From assembly GCA_964106645.2 (NCBI GenBank), contig OZ067047.1: a stretch of DNA of 64,000 nucleotides. One strand, written 5' to 3'. Shown here one piece after another: positions 12,761 through 26,711 of this stretch. Position numbers and translations under genes: made by a program. Under the pieces are notes generated by a model that saw only the letters and a list, made by a program, of their open reading frames with translations, was not told where the DNA came from and searched no databases. Source of the DNA: Podarcis pityusensis (lineage: Eukaryota). The first letter of the stretch is position 1, and each line of letters starts with the position of its first letter.

Positions 12761-14772
12761 TAGATAATGCTGATTGCATTTTGCTCCCGAAATGGCAACA
12801 AATCTGTTCTTGTTAAAAGTGAAGAGATTATCAAGAAGTCCAGATTCAATGCTTCACAACATAGAATGTTATGGCCATACTGTGACATTGGCTGAACATG
12901 CCAATGTTCATCTCTATGAACATGCCCTTGGCATCCATCCATAGACTGGAATACAATACAGTTGAAACATTTGGCTTTTAGGGACCAAAATACGGATAGG
13001 AGAGGAATCAAAATAGCATATTGCGTATCTGAAGATTTTACAGCCCATAGATGTTATGATCTGCTGCCATGCAATGAGCTCCCATTAAGGACCAATTTGT
13101 ACAGGGTCAACATGAGTTTTTTCTGGACACCACATTTCCTCCTATACCATCTCTTAATCTCATGAGACATCCCAAAGGATCGTCCCATTCTTCCACATCA
13201 TGTGCCAAATGCCAGACTGCCTCTGTTTTCAGAAAGGCCCAAATCTTCATAGCCATTATCATTTCAAAATTCAGCTGGTCTCACAAGGCAGTGGTGCTCC
13301 TGACCTCAAGTATCCTTTCGACAGCAAATGTGCAATGTACAATGAGCAATGGACAGCTAGCTGGTCCATATACATCTACAGTAGCTCTTGGCTCTTCCTT
13401 GACTGATCTATTGACTCAGAGAAGATTTGTGTTCAATAAGCGTTGTGTGTGATTCTGCTAACGTACAGTAGGATGTATTCTGGCAGTGAGAATATTGGAT
13501 AGGTGGCTGCAGAGCTGCCAGTTGTTCATTTAGTGTGTCTGTTATGCATTTCTACCAAGTCACTTGCCTCTCTAGGACAGTGGCATGGCTCTCCATGTAC
13601 CTCTTGAATTCAGCCTCAGAACAGCACATTGATGCGACCACTGTTTGGTAGAGTCCCTTAAACTCCCCCTTCCCCATATGCCTCTGCAATCAACTTTTAT
13701 TTGTGATTCTTGTAGGGATCTTCAGTGTTTCCCTGGTGGCCTTAACAAAATCCTTTTTCAAGCTGTACCATGTTTGTTTATTGATCCCAAGTCCCTTTTG
13801 TCTTATGTTCAATGGTACTTCTTCCCCTAGGTTTCCAACAGACATCACATAGTCTCAAGCTTGGCTCTTCAAAAATTGCCTGAACATAGTAATGGCACAT
13901 GATGGAAGGGTGGTGTGGCAGTGGTGTTTTTCTGATGGCAGCAATGTGAAATTGCTACAATAGTCCAGCAAGGTTAGAGGATCTCTAAGTTGGTTGCAGC
14001 TGTCCCACAGGTGTGCATGCATGCTAGTATGAACTTTGCTGCCTGTCCGGCAGCCAGCATCACCAACCCAGAGCTCTTTTGACTTCACTGCCACCTTACC
14101 CTATCCCACCCCACCAAGCACAATGCCACCATGAGGGCACCACTATGGCCTGAAATACCATCACTACCCATGTTGGTTCCACAACACTTGGATTTCCTGT
14201 ACTTTCCCCTCCTCCTGTATGAGTTTCTGTTCTGAAGGAGAAGAAAGAGGGAAGACAGGACATGGAACATAAACCTGATAGGCAGGTTAGGGTGTAGTAG
14301 GGCTAGCGCTTGCATGGCTAAGTCAAGGTTCTCTGCTTGTAGATAAAGCTCCAGATAGCAGCCACTCTCATTCTGGCTTTTTTTTTAGTCAGGAGAGCTG
14401 TCTTCAAAGCCATCGAAAGTGGAAATCAGACTGCAGCAAAACCATGGCCAAGTCATCAGCACCCTCATCTCCATTATACAATTCTTCCAAGAACAGTACC
14501 TTCAGGTCAAGATCAACATCAGCCACCTATGGGAGCTGGAATGAAAGTCTGCTCAAAATCTGGAGCTACATCAGGATCCTCATTCTGTACCCGGGTTTAA
14601 ACTCTTTGTATACTGCTTATGTGATAGCTGCATCCTGCCGATTCACAAGACACAGATCTACAAGGACTCTCAAGCTTCAGTGTTTGGCGTAAACACTGTT
14701 AGTGGACCAGTCACACATCTACATGAAGACAGTCCAAGGTGCATTTAGTCTGCTGGCAAAGCAATGAATGCC

Positions 14773-14798
14773 GTGTGTGTGTGTGTGTGTGTGTGTGT
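14773..14798. repeat. (GT)n microsatellite
   Basis: Directly visible. Confidence 0.95.
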
Positions 14799-15154
14799 GA
14801 CTTCACTTCCCATTCTGAGCAAAAGAAAATTTCTCCCAGGGAAGGGGGGTTGCATCTGTTGCAAGGGCAGCTTGGGTTGGGGAGCTGTCTGCATCAGCCT
14901 CAGTGCAAGTATGCTTCTTAGAGGTGGTCTTGCTTGTTCAGATGTTCAAGGAGCAGCTGATATGATGAGGTCTACCAAGATAGCAGTGGAGCCATCTATC
15001 TTGACCATTTATGTTTGTCTAAATCATAAATGCCTGTGGATGACCCAGGAGGATGGTGAATAGTTTATTGTATAGTGACATGTTTCAGTCACACCGGGCT
15101 TTAAGTATTGACTTAACTGTCCAAAAATACAGGTTAGAAGATGCATGTACTTAC

Positions 15155-15491
15155 ACAATACGGAAATGCTAGGTTGATGATACTGCAGCTGTTGATGTTG
15201 ATCGGCTTCTGGCTCCTCAGGCTCTACTTGTGTAGAAACTGAAGCTGAAGCAGCAGGGATGGCAGTGACACCAGTGGCAGGTGCAGCATGTTTAGTTCCT
15301 TGCTGGGTAGTGCCCGCTTGTAACTGCTGCTCTGTCTGCTGTTTCTGACTGACTTCTTCTTGCTTTCTTTTTTCCTGTTCTTCTCTCACCAACTGACGCT
15401 GCTCCCTCTTTCGCTTGATCAAGGACACTCTATCCTTTATAGCTTTGGCCATTGTCTTGTGATCCCCTTCACAGACATACCCAGACTCAAC
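15155..15491 (-). CDS. WNK1: WNK1 exon 7 (337 nt): VESGYVCEGDHKTMAKAIKDRV...coiled coil...EPEEPEADQHQQLQYHQPSISVL
   Basis: Acceptor ttttcag|GTTGAG and donor TTGT|gtaagt; overlaps ORF 15024..15452. Confidence 0.97.
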
Positions 15492-16789
15492 CTGAAAAGT
15501 GTATAGTTCATGCCATCAGATAAACAATGATAAAGCAAAATAAAAATTTCTATAATTATACATCAAACGCGCCAAGGCGGTTAGCTTTCCAACGCTGCAG
15601 CATTTCCAGCTAATACATGTTGCAGTAGTTAAACTATTGCAAGCTCATGCATGTCTTCTGAAAGAGCACTATTGGGGGAAAATCAAGGCAAAGAGATTAT
15701 AAGATCCTATCATAAACCAAATAATATCTTCACATGAAGCAATGGATAGCACATATACTACGAAGTGCATTTGCCTTCTCATTTATATGGCAGTCAGTGC
15801 AATCACCTTGAAGGGAAAAGATGGATACAGTGTCTTCTACCCCAGCTGCAAGGTTAAAGCAGCTGCATCAACCTTCTGTTCAGAAGTACTCAACCATTAG
15901 TTTGGAATTGGCTAAGGAATGAGACCTAGCAACATTTGCACCCTTCTAATTTATTGGAGAGAAGCTTGTTGCAAAAACTGATTCTGGTGGTGTTTTATGC
16001 CTTGGAGGGTAAAAATGTAAGTACTGTATCCAGCTTAAAATTATAATGGCAAGTGAGCAGATAGACAGATGTGTTTCTCTATGTGGTAAAAGTGCCCTAA
16101 AGTATATAATTTTTTGAAAGAAGTGTTAAAATATCATTGAACTGACAGATGGATGGTAGTAGTTAATCCCCCAAATTAACCCTTCTGGGAAATCATAAAG
16201 GCAAGTTTCAACAAATGCCCACTGCATCTACATAATCTAGAGCAGGGGTAGCCAATGATGTGCCCCCAGGTGCTGCTGGACTACAACTACCATCATCCCT
16301 GATGCAAGGATTTTTGGAAGTTTTATGTTCAGCAACATCTGAAGAGTATCACATGGGCTACCCATGAAGCAGAGCAACTCTTAAGTGCACTGATTATTCT
16401 TTACTTAAGAAAAATATGGGATTCATCCATTATTGAAAATATGTGCATGCAAGGGAACTATTGGGGGAGCAAGGGGAAATGAAAGTCAAAGCTACCTCTG
16501 TAAGTATGCTCAAATTAGAAGGGTGGCAGAGTTCAGCCCCTTACATTGTGTGACTGCTTTCCCCAGCTACTGTTTTTCAAACAGCTATGGAAGTCTGGCT
16601 TGTCTGAGAAATACATCACAACAACAAGAAGACACCATTTATTCCCAGTGTATTAAGTTTAATTGGGCTGCACTGAGGTGAGCAAAATAATGAAAGGAAA
16701 AAATCAGCTACATGGTTCAATTCCATGTCTCTGGCATCTGCCAAAATAGGTGCAGAAGTGGGAATATCTGTCATATCTATATGACATAC

Positions 16790-17009
16790 CATTTCTTGTG
16801 CTACATCTTCTGGGACATCTCTTTCCAAGTCGAAAGAAAATTCTATTGCTTCATTATCCTTATATTTGCCCTTAAGTTTTTTAATGTCTTCAATTCGTAA
16901 CCAGAGCTTGATGGCAATTTTCTCTCCATCATCTTCTTCTGCTAGCTCTACCCGCACACCAGTTTCTTCCTGGAAGAATGCATGATTCAGAAGGTCCTTG
17001 ATAGCATAC
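16790..17009 (-). CDS. WNK1: WNK1 exon 6 (220 nt): end of kinase domain and CCT-like/autoinhibitory domain ([17 protein letters not shown]...DVAQEM)
   Basis: Acceptor atcag|GTATGC and donor ATG|gtatgt; lies in ORF 16616..17119. Confidence 0.98.
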
Positions 17010-18083
17010 CTGATCATAACGGAAAGGAAATAATAAAAGGGGAATGGAAAAGACAGGAGAATGTTATCACATAGTACAATACACAAACAATTCCTCCATT
17101 TTCCAATTGGGCTACCCATATTCCACTGAATATTTAAATCTTGTTTTAAGACAAACTCTATATATCCATGCCATTTCTAAAGGGACTTACTTTTTTAAAA
17201 CAAGAAGGATGACTGATACTGAATGCTAAATACAATCCATGCACAATTTTTAGCAATCAGTCCTTAGTTGCTGACGGAGATTTATGTGGTCCTTTTGTCC
17301 ATAAATTGTTCCATTTATCCTCTTCAATGTTTATATGCCAAATTAATTCCCATCAGTTTTTTAAATGTTTTTGAGGGCAAAATCTTAATAAGGGTTTTGT
17401 ATAAAAGGGAAATCAATCCCTTAGTCATTATACTATCTCTTATTACTCTCTTTTCATATTCTGTTAGTTTCCTCGTAGCTTCATTTTTAATTTGTATATT
17501 GGTGAGAAATGGAAAGAACGTACAAAATAAAATTAGGAAGGAAAATCACGGCCAATAGAAAATAGGATCGGAAGATTACGGAACTGAGTGTGAATTAACA
17601 AACATACAATAAATAAATATCAAATATTATTTTAACATATGACCATAGTGTAGAGACTTTTGTGTGAACAAAGATGAAACAATTTATTATTTTTCAATAT
17701 GGAAGAAAGGTTGTTGAAGTTACTGGAGGAAAAGTTGTTACATTGGGCTAGAAAAAAATTATTGTCGACATTTATCAATAATAATAATAATTGGGGAAAC
17801 CCTTTTAGATGTTTCGTGTGGAAAGGAAAATTAATGAATTTGAGACATTTGGGTCTGAAGACTGAGAAAGTATCACTTAGCAGAAGGAAGAAAAGCTGGA
17901 TGTTATTGTAGAATGAATACTTTGAATAATCTTTTTATATGGAACTGACAGACAGGGAATCGAAAGTCCTTTTCATTTCTCTTTCTTTATTATTTTTATC
18001 TGACTGTTCAAGGAGTACACACCACTGTTATTGTGCACTATGGAATATCTGAAGTGCCTCATCCAAATGGAATGAATACCTAC

Positions 18084-18172
18084 CTTTCATCTTTGTTTTG
18101 ACGAATGCATCCCTCAATGATTTCCTTTACTTCAGGAATTGCTACTTTATCAAAGCTTGCTGGTTTGACTCC
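18084..18172 (-). CDS. WNK1: WNK1 exon 5 (89 nt): [30 protein letters not shown]
   Basis: Acceptor tttcag|GGAGTC and donor AAAG|gtaggt. Confidence 0.98.
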
Positions 18173-21100
18173 CTGAAATACAGAAGAATATGTGAGAAAA
18201 TGTGGTAACAAAAATGTCTATTTAAATCTCTAATGAAGTTTAGCATGGCTGGTGACATTCAATCTTATAGAGGCACAATGCTCGTGTCACATGGACAGTT
18301 TTATTCTTCACAAGATATGCCACGGTGATTTGATTCATGATTTCTCTCCAATTCAATGATCAAAACATTAGTTATATTTGAGTGTGGAAAACATCAGCTT
18401 TTAATCAAATGAACTTCCAAACTTAATTATGAAAAAACAACTTTTCTTATTTTACTTGTATTTTTGCAACTATATATTTTAAATGCTATTGCATTCATAA
18501 AAATCCATTTTTAAAGAGGAATGCTGGAAAGAATCCAACAAGCATATATATACAAATATATTGCCCTCCTCTCTCCTAGAAGTCTGCAACAATTAAGTAA
18601 GGCATGCTAAGATAATTTCTTTCTCTAAAGTAACCACTGGTTTCCAACTTACCCAGAATCTATCTTAGTCCTAATTGGCAAAATGAGATTCACTTTGTTT
18701 TCTCTCAAATACATTGCCACATTTATTATATCCATCGCTATCCTTTCTTTTCTCATTCCCAAAATGATGCAACACTAAATCATGGTTTAGTACGTACAAG
18801 CCTGCTCTTCCTCCTCTCTCCTCCTCTGACACATCCATTTCCATTTTATACCAGCTGCAGTTTGTCTTTTCCTCCAAATAGGGAACTGTGGTTAGTTTTA
18901 GTATGGTTTATCCAAACAGGCCAAGATCTGATTTCTGATCATACTACTCTTATGTCAAACCCAGTGGTCAGTCTCGCCTTCACCATGGCCTATCTTTCTG
19001 TACATAAACTAGCACAAAATTAATATTAACAGATTTTCCTCTCACCAGGCATAACCTATATTTACCATTAAGCCACAGTGCAAAGATTTTGAGGTAGTGG
19101 TGGGGGACAGAGAGACAGATAAACAGATGTAACAGAACAGGATAGGACTGTGTGAGTTTTACAAGATTAATATTTATTAAACCCAGAACTCAACACACAT
19201 AAAAAGGTCCTAATTTATATGGCATGCTCCCTTTGACCTGTGCTTCATGTTCCTTTGTACATAACCTAACAGTCTCAGAACTCTTCCTAAATAAACATTT
19301 ATTCACAGGTGATTGAAACCTCAATCCACGTTGGCACTTTGAGCAGTAAAATTATCTGAGTAGTAGTAACCAATTTGGAATCTTGGGGCCATGTAAAAAG
19401 TTAAAAAACTGTTGATATCATGGACCGTGATACAATACAAGCTACTGTCTAACTGGCATTCCAAGGGGCTTTTAGTCACAATTTTGCCCTATTAAATTTA
19501 CTCCTACCAGCTCACTTTTAGTGCCTTATCAACAAAGGCTGTTGGCTCAGATGAATTGTTCCTGTTCTTTTAGAAGTATGAATTTCGGTGAAAAGTCCCT
19601 GCTCTTATTGCATTGCAAAAACAGAACAAAACCCTGTTCTCCAGTTGCTCACCTACTAAAGGAAAACTATCAAATACAACGAAATGATTTTGAATAAAAA
19701 TGATACTTCCCTTATTTTTAGACATATGTGTTAACTGACTAATGAGGCATCCCTAATTAAAGGCCGCAGTTCTAAGTTATAACAGACTTTTATAAAACAT
19801 TTTAATCTACAACTCAAAAAAGGGGGGAAACTGTTAGTAATCTGACAGGCAGCCCTTATCAGTTAGAACACTTAATTGCATAGAGTTATGATCTGTGTAT
19901 TTTCATGCAGAACTATTCAAGGGAAAAGTCTTGAATTCAAATTACCTTCTTGTGATCTGATCACATGAAGTGATTACAATACAAATTCAAAAGTCCACCG
20001 AAACAATTTAAAAAACAAACTAGAGGGAGGGAGGGAGGGCAAGTAAAGGACATGTTGTACTGTTCAGGGCTTCCAGCCATGTACACAAAGCCATTTGAGG
20101 GTCAAGCTAACATTGAGAAGCAGTGTTAGTTATGTATAAGCTAGTGCACATCACATTCGGTCAACACACATATGTACAACACATTGTACCTGCATATAAT
20201 ACGAAGTATGCCTTCCAGTTACTAGCAGGGCATGATTTAGATAATGTTGACTTAGTAGTGCAAACTTTGATGACTTATTATAGGCAAGAGGCACACTGAT
20301 ATCTATTAGCACATTCTTCCTAATTACTTGGTCTTATTTATTCTGTGAAAAGAGCTGCTTACAGAGTTGTATCTAGTTGACTAGACAGGTAAGGTTTAAA
20401 TCAGCCTTCCCCAACTAGCTGCCTTCCAGGTGTTTTCCACTACAAATCCCGTTAGCCCCAGTCAACAAGGGCAACGGTGAGGGATGATAAGAGCTCAATA
20501 ACAATAGCACTTGTTTGGGATTGACAGATATAAAGTTGCTTGTTTATTATGTTACACCTTAAATGACCACCATAGGATTAGTAACAACTTGTGGGCTGAT
20601 TTTGTGAACCTATGCTCAGTATTGTAATAGCATACACAGAATTATACTCACTAACCACAATAAAGGCCAGTTTGGAACAGTTAATATTTCCATTGAAAGA
20701 GGACTATGAACATGCAAGTTTCAAGTTGATGTTTTAAGTTAATATCTCTTTTGAACTTAATGTTTCAGTTTAAGAAGTTTACTATTTGGCACTATACACT
20801 TTCACTGATATACAATTGTTTTGTATCAAATAATGTAAATACTTTATTCCATTCTCGAAGTCATACCAGCTTTGCATATATAAAAGATAATCAATCATAA
20901 CAAAAGATAATCAGAAAAACTCTGTGTTATCTTTGAGCTAATATAGTGTAGTAGCTAAGAAGCAAGACAATGAAACCAAAGTCACCAGACTGAGCATTCA
21001 TGGAACAGGATGAAGGAAGTCTGAAGTGAATCAGACCTTCCTCTTTCATCAATTAGTTGCCAAGTACATTAAATGGTACACTGGATAATTACGACATTTC

Positions 21101-22148
21101 CTCCTCTCAAGGCAATCCCCTGGATTAAGTATTTGCTGCTTTTGCACTGTTTTTGCAGAAGTTCCTGCTTGCTATTACATGCCAATTTAAACTATAGCCT
21201 ACTCTGTCACTTATATAATTTTTTCTGTGTTAACTATTTTTAAAGCATTTTAGAATCAAGTGAGTATAGCTCTCTTTCACGCTACTTGTGTTGAAAACTG
21301 GGTTAATATATTTGCACTAAGCTTTCTTTCACAGCAGTTCAAAATGGCAAGTGAACGATATGCTGAAAGGCAACTTTAGAGCCAAAAATAAATTCTTAAC
21401 TGCTCAACCAAGCACCAGAATATTGTATCTGCGTTAAAGTGGCATAGATTAACACAGCACTTATCAAAATAAGAGTGCTTAATACTCCATATCTTTGTCA
21501 AGTGTAATTAACTTACATTAGCCCATTTAAACATTCCTATTCCTTCCAACCAACCGCACAAGACAGGCACCACCATTAAATTACATTAACTGAAACTTTT
21601 GATTACCTTTCATTCTTACAGAGACAAACCTGCATTTTGTGCACAGTGATGGTTGGGCCCCATGCCTCCTTCACTTGTGTATGCGAAGAGTTATTCAAGA
21701 ACCCATATCTAGTATATCATCTAGTATATCAAAGATACTAGATGTATTCCTTTGCCCCCTCTTCTGCACAGTTTGCTGGTGTGTTTGTTCATCTTAGTCA
21801 GAAAGCCCTAGAAAGTCCTAGTACTGTATCTAGATTTCCAGGCATTATCGAAGTAATTGTGCCAACATTATTTTCCATGCACATGGAGACCATAATTCCT
21901 AAACAGATCTACACTAAACCTGAGTCTCAGCTGTCCTTTCTCCAATTAATTTGCACCAAAACCATTACATCCATACTTAAGTCCAGATACTTAATATTTT
22001 GAAGTCAGGACTGCCGCTGCATAGCACCCAACACATGAAAGTAGTTATAGAACAGATCTATACAGAATTCTCTACAGAAGCATCATGACCCCCTATTTCC
22101 CATCATATGACTTAAATGAATGCAAGCTAGTATAACTGAAATTCTTAC

Positions 22149-22235
22149 CTCTTTACCACAGTCTGTGTGAGAACAACAACAGTGTGAATTTATGATGACA
22201 AACACTGGGCAAAAATCTCTCTTGGAAAGATCCAT
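22149..22235 (-). CDS. WNK1: Coding part of exon 4A, the alternative first exon of kinase-deficient KS-WNK1: MDLSKRDFCPVFVIINSHCCCSHTDCGKE
   Basis: ATG at 22235, 87 nt, phase-0 donor GAG|gtaaga matching exon 5. The peptide resembles mammalian exon 4A as recalled (MDIKKKDFCSVFVIINSHCCCCPQKDCINE). Located in intron 4. Confidence 0.93.
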
Positions 22236-22700
22236 TAGGAGACTCAGAGGCAAATATGCTGAGAGACTTGTGCACGCAAAAGGAGAATGGACTGTTAAAG
22301 TCCACACTTAACGCACAGCAGAAGGAAAGCAGGGATAAAGCTTTGAAGGAAGCATAGTCTTCTCTACAGTTTTGCCTTCCCTCATCCTGTGTCAGCCTGT
22401 AGAAATCAGAACTCTGTTTTCCACTGGCCAAGCCCCTTGACACACAGCAATAATAAATGCCATGGAACAGGTAAGCCTTCTTAGGGCTCCTCCCATTTCG
22501 TCCTTCCCTGCTATTTCAGGCAAATTGGCATCTTCTTCTGCAAAACCCAGAATAGACTCTGTCCAAGCTTCCCTGTTATATCATGCAGAGTATTAAAAAG
22601 AATGTAGCTGAAACTGAAGTGTCTTGATGATTCTATTTATAATTTCAGGCACAACCACTTGACTGGCATTATAGCAATTATATGAATTAATCTGATAGCA
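22236..22700 (-). promoter_or_regulatory. WNK1: Presumed 5'UTR and renal promoter region of KS-WNK1 (boundaries not determinable)
   Basis: Positional inference only: immediately upstream of the exon 4A ATG. Confidence 0.4.
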
Positions 22701-23039
22701 CCACTAGGATGTTACTTAGTCAAATGCAGCTACAGAACTCCTCTTTCTACCTAGGTTACTGTATTCTTTTTATAAGTAGTCACACAACCCATTTTCTAAT
22801 TTTACTCCGCACTGGTAACAAATAATGGAACTATGTCCCTGCATTTACCTATGCCTCTACATTTTGCTCTTTTGCCAGTTATCTTATGGACTGTTGAAAA
22901 GTTTTACAAGGAAACCACATGCAGCACTAAAATACCATTGTTAGAACCTGGGATATGAATGCTAGGAGCCATGTGGCTCCCGGGACCTAGGTTGTGGGCA
23001 CCAAAACAAAATGTCTAGACACCATTGGGGTGGGGGGCT

Positions 23040-23395
23040 GCCCTACTACCAGACCAGGCAGCCCTGCAGCAAAAATTAAAAAATGCTGCCAGGCAGATCA
23101 GGGGTCTGCAGGGTAGATATGTCTTTTGTTACCGCTCTGCCCCGCCAAACACCTGATTCACCTGGCAGCAATTTATTTTATTTTTATTTGCTGCGTGGCA
23201 AATCAGGGGGGTCTGCAGGGTAGCACAGTACCCCACCAAACACCTGATTTGCCCAGCAACTCAGCAGCAAAAAAAGGCACATCTTTTGCTGCTGTGCTGC
23301 TGGGAGAATCAGGTATTTGCCAGGGGTAGTGCTGCAGCAAAAGACAAGTGTCTTTTGCTGCTGCTGTCCCCCCTGCAGACCAGCTGATTGCACCC
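23040..23395. repeat. Degenerate internally repetitive dispersed element
   Basis: Recurrent aatcagg..ggtctgcagggtag...gtcttttgctgctg units in both orientations; related copy at about 41390-41550. Confidence 0.55.
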
Positions 23396-24515
23396 AGACA
23401 GGTGGAGATGCTAGGTGCCAAGGGTGGGCCCAGTTGCAAAAGGCCCAGCTAATTTTGAATGCTGAATATAACTGAGAACATCAGCTACCTCTGCCAAAGC
23501 TGGAGAGCACCTTTGATACACTCTTAGCCCCTTGTTCTTCCCAAGCTACTGGGCAAGACAAAACATGACATTACTTTTCAACACTGACTCATCACATGCC
23601 CATTTTAACTGGTATTCAGATGAGAACATCCACAAAACAATCCAAGTCTTTCTACTGAAAAGACACCAGTCTGCTAGATACCATGTTGGTGCATAGCAGT
23701 GGAAAAGATAGAAGAGTGGCCGTGCCAGCAGGACTGCTAAGGGAGGGGAGGGATTGTAAGAAGATTGGAAACTTTTTCCAATTTTAGATATACAAGGAAC
23801 TCATGCAAGATCACATTCAGATCACATGTAGTTAATTGAATATGCATCTGTGTCACTGTGTATCCACATCAGGAAGCCACAACCCGTGGCTACTGCCCTC
23901 CCGTGAGATCACACACAACTATTTGTGCCCAATTTACATGCAGTTTCCTACATGGAAGTGCTAAGAAAGTTATGATAGCTGATAATGGTATTTAGGATTT
24001 CCCCCAAACAAGGGGATTAACAATAGAGTCTGAAAGGAATTTTACTCTAATTGCTTTAATCTTCTTTTAGACTTTGCCATTAATTATGTTGGCCCATGAA
24101 CTCTAGAGTCAAGCTGCAAGGTACTTTGAAAAATCTCCATTACTTTTTTACTAAGCTATTTCAGTACTGGTTTGAGCTAGATGTAGGCTGCTACAAACCG
24201 TTAAAGGAAATGTTAAAAGAACTCATGATCCTAATGGAAAACAAAGTTAACCCCTTCCTCCCAACCCTGAGGCAATACTATGCAAGGTAATTTAATTTAC
24301 TCCATGCATCTTATGAAATGCAAATTTCTGTTATGTTACCCAATCCATGCTTAACCACTTCATTCCTGACTCTAAAGCTTGCCCAGCTAAACTTCAATTT
24401 TAAATACCAATATCCAATCCAAATTATGATTTTTTTTCTTACCAGTATTACAGCTTGCTATGCCCTAGTAATGCACACAATACTCACCCCTACTGAGTGG
24501 TATCAACACATTTTA

Positions 24516-25028
24516 CCGTATTTTTCGCTCCATAAGGCGCACCTGACCATAAGGCGCACCTAGTTTTTAGAGGGGGAAATCAAGAAAAAAATATCCCCCC
24601 CCCGGCCCCAAAGAGCAAAGAAAGCGAGCGGGATCCATCCCGCTGGCTGTCTTGGCTTCTGCCATAGCCGCGCGCAGCCTCTCTCGGCCAGAGAAGTTGC
24701 ACGCGGCTAAAGAGGAAGCCAGGACAGCCAGCGGGATGGATCCCGCTGGCTGTCTTGGCTTCTTTAGCCGCGCCGGGAGAGGCTGCGCGCGGCTATGGCA
24801 ATTCCCCCACCTCCCACAAAAGCACCCTTTAAGGAGCGCACGGCTCCTGTGGGCTTTTCTATGAGGAGGGAGAAGGGACTGACTGGGGAAAAGCCCACAA
24901 GAGCCGCGCTGAGCTCTTGGGGGCTTTTCCTGCCTGCCTCCCCCCTGCATTTGCTCCATAAGACGCACACACATTTCCCCTTACTTTTTAGGAGGGAAAA
25001 AGTGCATCTTATGGAGCGAAAAATACGG
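24516..25028. mobile_element. Non-autonomous Tc1/mariner-superfamily element with the same termini as 12033-12760
   Basis: TA|CCGTATTTTTCGCTCCATAAG ... CTTATGGAGCGAAAAATACGG|TA; CpG-rich interior suggests a young copy. Confidence 0.85.
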
Positions 25029-26711
25029 TATTTCAGGATTTCTCAGAATACTTTCCATGCCTTAGAGATACTGAATTTTACCACCATAGTCCACATTTTG
25101 TGAACCAGCACTGCAGTACTGTCTTCATCATAACAGCTTTTATCCTGCACAACCAGTTTGACTCTCCTTTCCCCACCTTCATCCCCATCTTTGACTTTCC
25201 AGTGTGTGTCTGGGAAGCTTTGTTCTCCAGTTTATTCCTATCAAATGAATGGTCATATTATGATGGGGGAGTGTGTGGAGTTACTTCACAATGTGCATCT
25301 TCATAAATCCAATGTAGTTCTCACTAATTAACACTGCTGGTCATTGCGCTTCCTTAAACATATCCAGAGGGTGGGCTGATCTTGTTGCTCTGCTGGAGGC
25401 AGTATGTGAAAGGGGGAATTAGACATAAACATGAGAGGAGACAAACAGTGAAGGATGAAGTAGTGAGTGGGGTCAACTGGCAGTGTAATACACGGTGGAA
25501 GGTGGAAGGAAGATCAGTGATGACATGGAACAGTGCTTATGAAGGAGGCACTGAATTCCTCCGATTGCTGGCTGCCTCTGCCTCTACACCCCCCCATCTC
25601 CCCCCCCCCTCTCTCCATTTCAGTTCCATTCTGGGAATTGGGGTTCCCTTCAGGGACCACTGGGGCTGGAGCAGGATGCAGATCCTGTATTGCTCATGAC
25701 GAGACAAATGGTGCACTGTCTGTGCATGGCCATCTACCCAAATGCACACAGGCACTTGCATGGCCCCAGGGTGGGTGGGGGTGACAACCTTTCAAATGCC
25801 ATTTAGATCCTCCCACTTTCTAATGCTCTAATCCTGGCACACTGCTGCCTCAGAAAGGCAAAGGGCTGCAATGTGGATCTGGCCCTGGAGTGAATCTGAA
25901 ATTACTTTCCTGATGTGTTTGGGTTATTATATCCTAGCCTAGTAAATCCAAGTAATCAAACAAGTAATCATCAGCAGATCCCTGAGGATTCACAAATCAG
26001 TTTATGAATTGGTTATAGTAATTTTGTTCAGAGGGAGGTTACCTTCATTGCAGTGTAGAGACAGGCAAGTCTCAAATATAGTTCAATTTTAGGATCTCCT
26101 ACACATCTTTGACTCCACAGTCCATACCTATTTCAACACTTTACAGCAGATACTTTCATTAATGTGTTGCTTGGATGCATGAAATGCACTATGTTACCTT
26201 ATAAATCCCCACTAAAGAGACAGATTCACAGCTTATTTTGATTGCTAGAACTGAATGTAGGGGGTAGAAACTTTAAAAATGCAAATGAACTAGTCCTGTG
26301 ATGACTTGTCAGTTGACTTGCAGTTAAATGTGTGAACTTCCTCCGTAGAAAGTACAGTCATACGGAAGCTCCATCTATAATGTTTCATCTGTGATAGCTG
26401 TTTGCATTAAGTGGGGAAAATGCATGTGGGAACTGATCATTCTAAAAAACCAGATTAAATATATTCAGACCAGTTTCATTCCTAGACAATTAGTGGCATT
26501 ATATGGGCAAACATGTACAAAAAAATGGCCAACAGTCAAGCTAGACAAAACATTAAATTCATGATGACAGTCAAACTTTTTAAAAAGGTTTTTAAAGGCA
26601 CAGGGAGATCACAACTGCAGAGTATGGGGAGGAGAGATTTAATTATTTCCCACAAACATTGCAGTACTGATGAAGCAGGTATTGGCATTAATGGCATCTT
26701 ATGGGAGGGGG

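Noticed and set aside
13100-15060. GC-richer stretch in intron 7 with several short ORFs
   Set aside because: Probably old retroelement debris; I could not assign a family or find exon-consistent splice sites.
20190-20210. Partial loxP-like string gcatataatacgaagtat
   Set aside because: An incomplete half-site with no partner; chance match.
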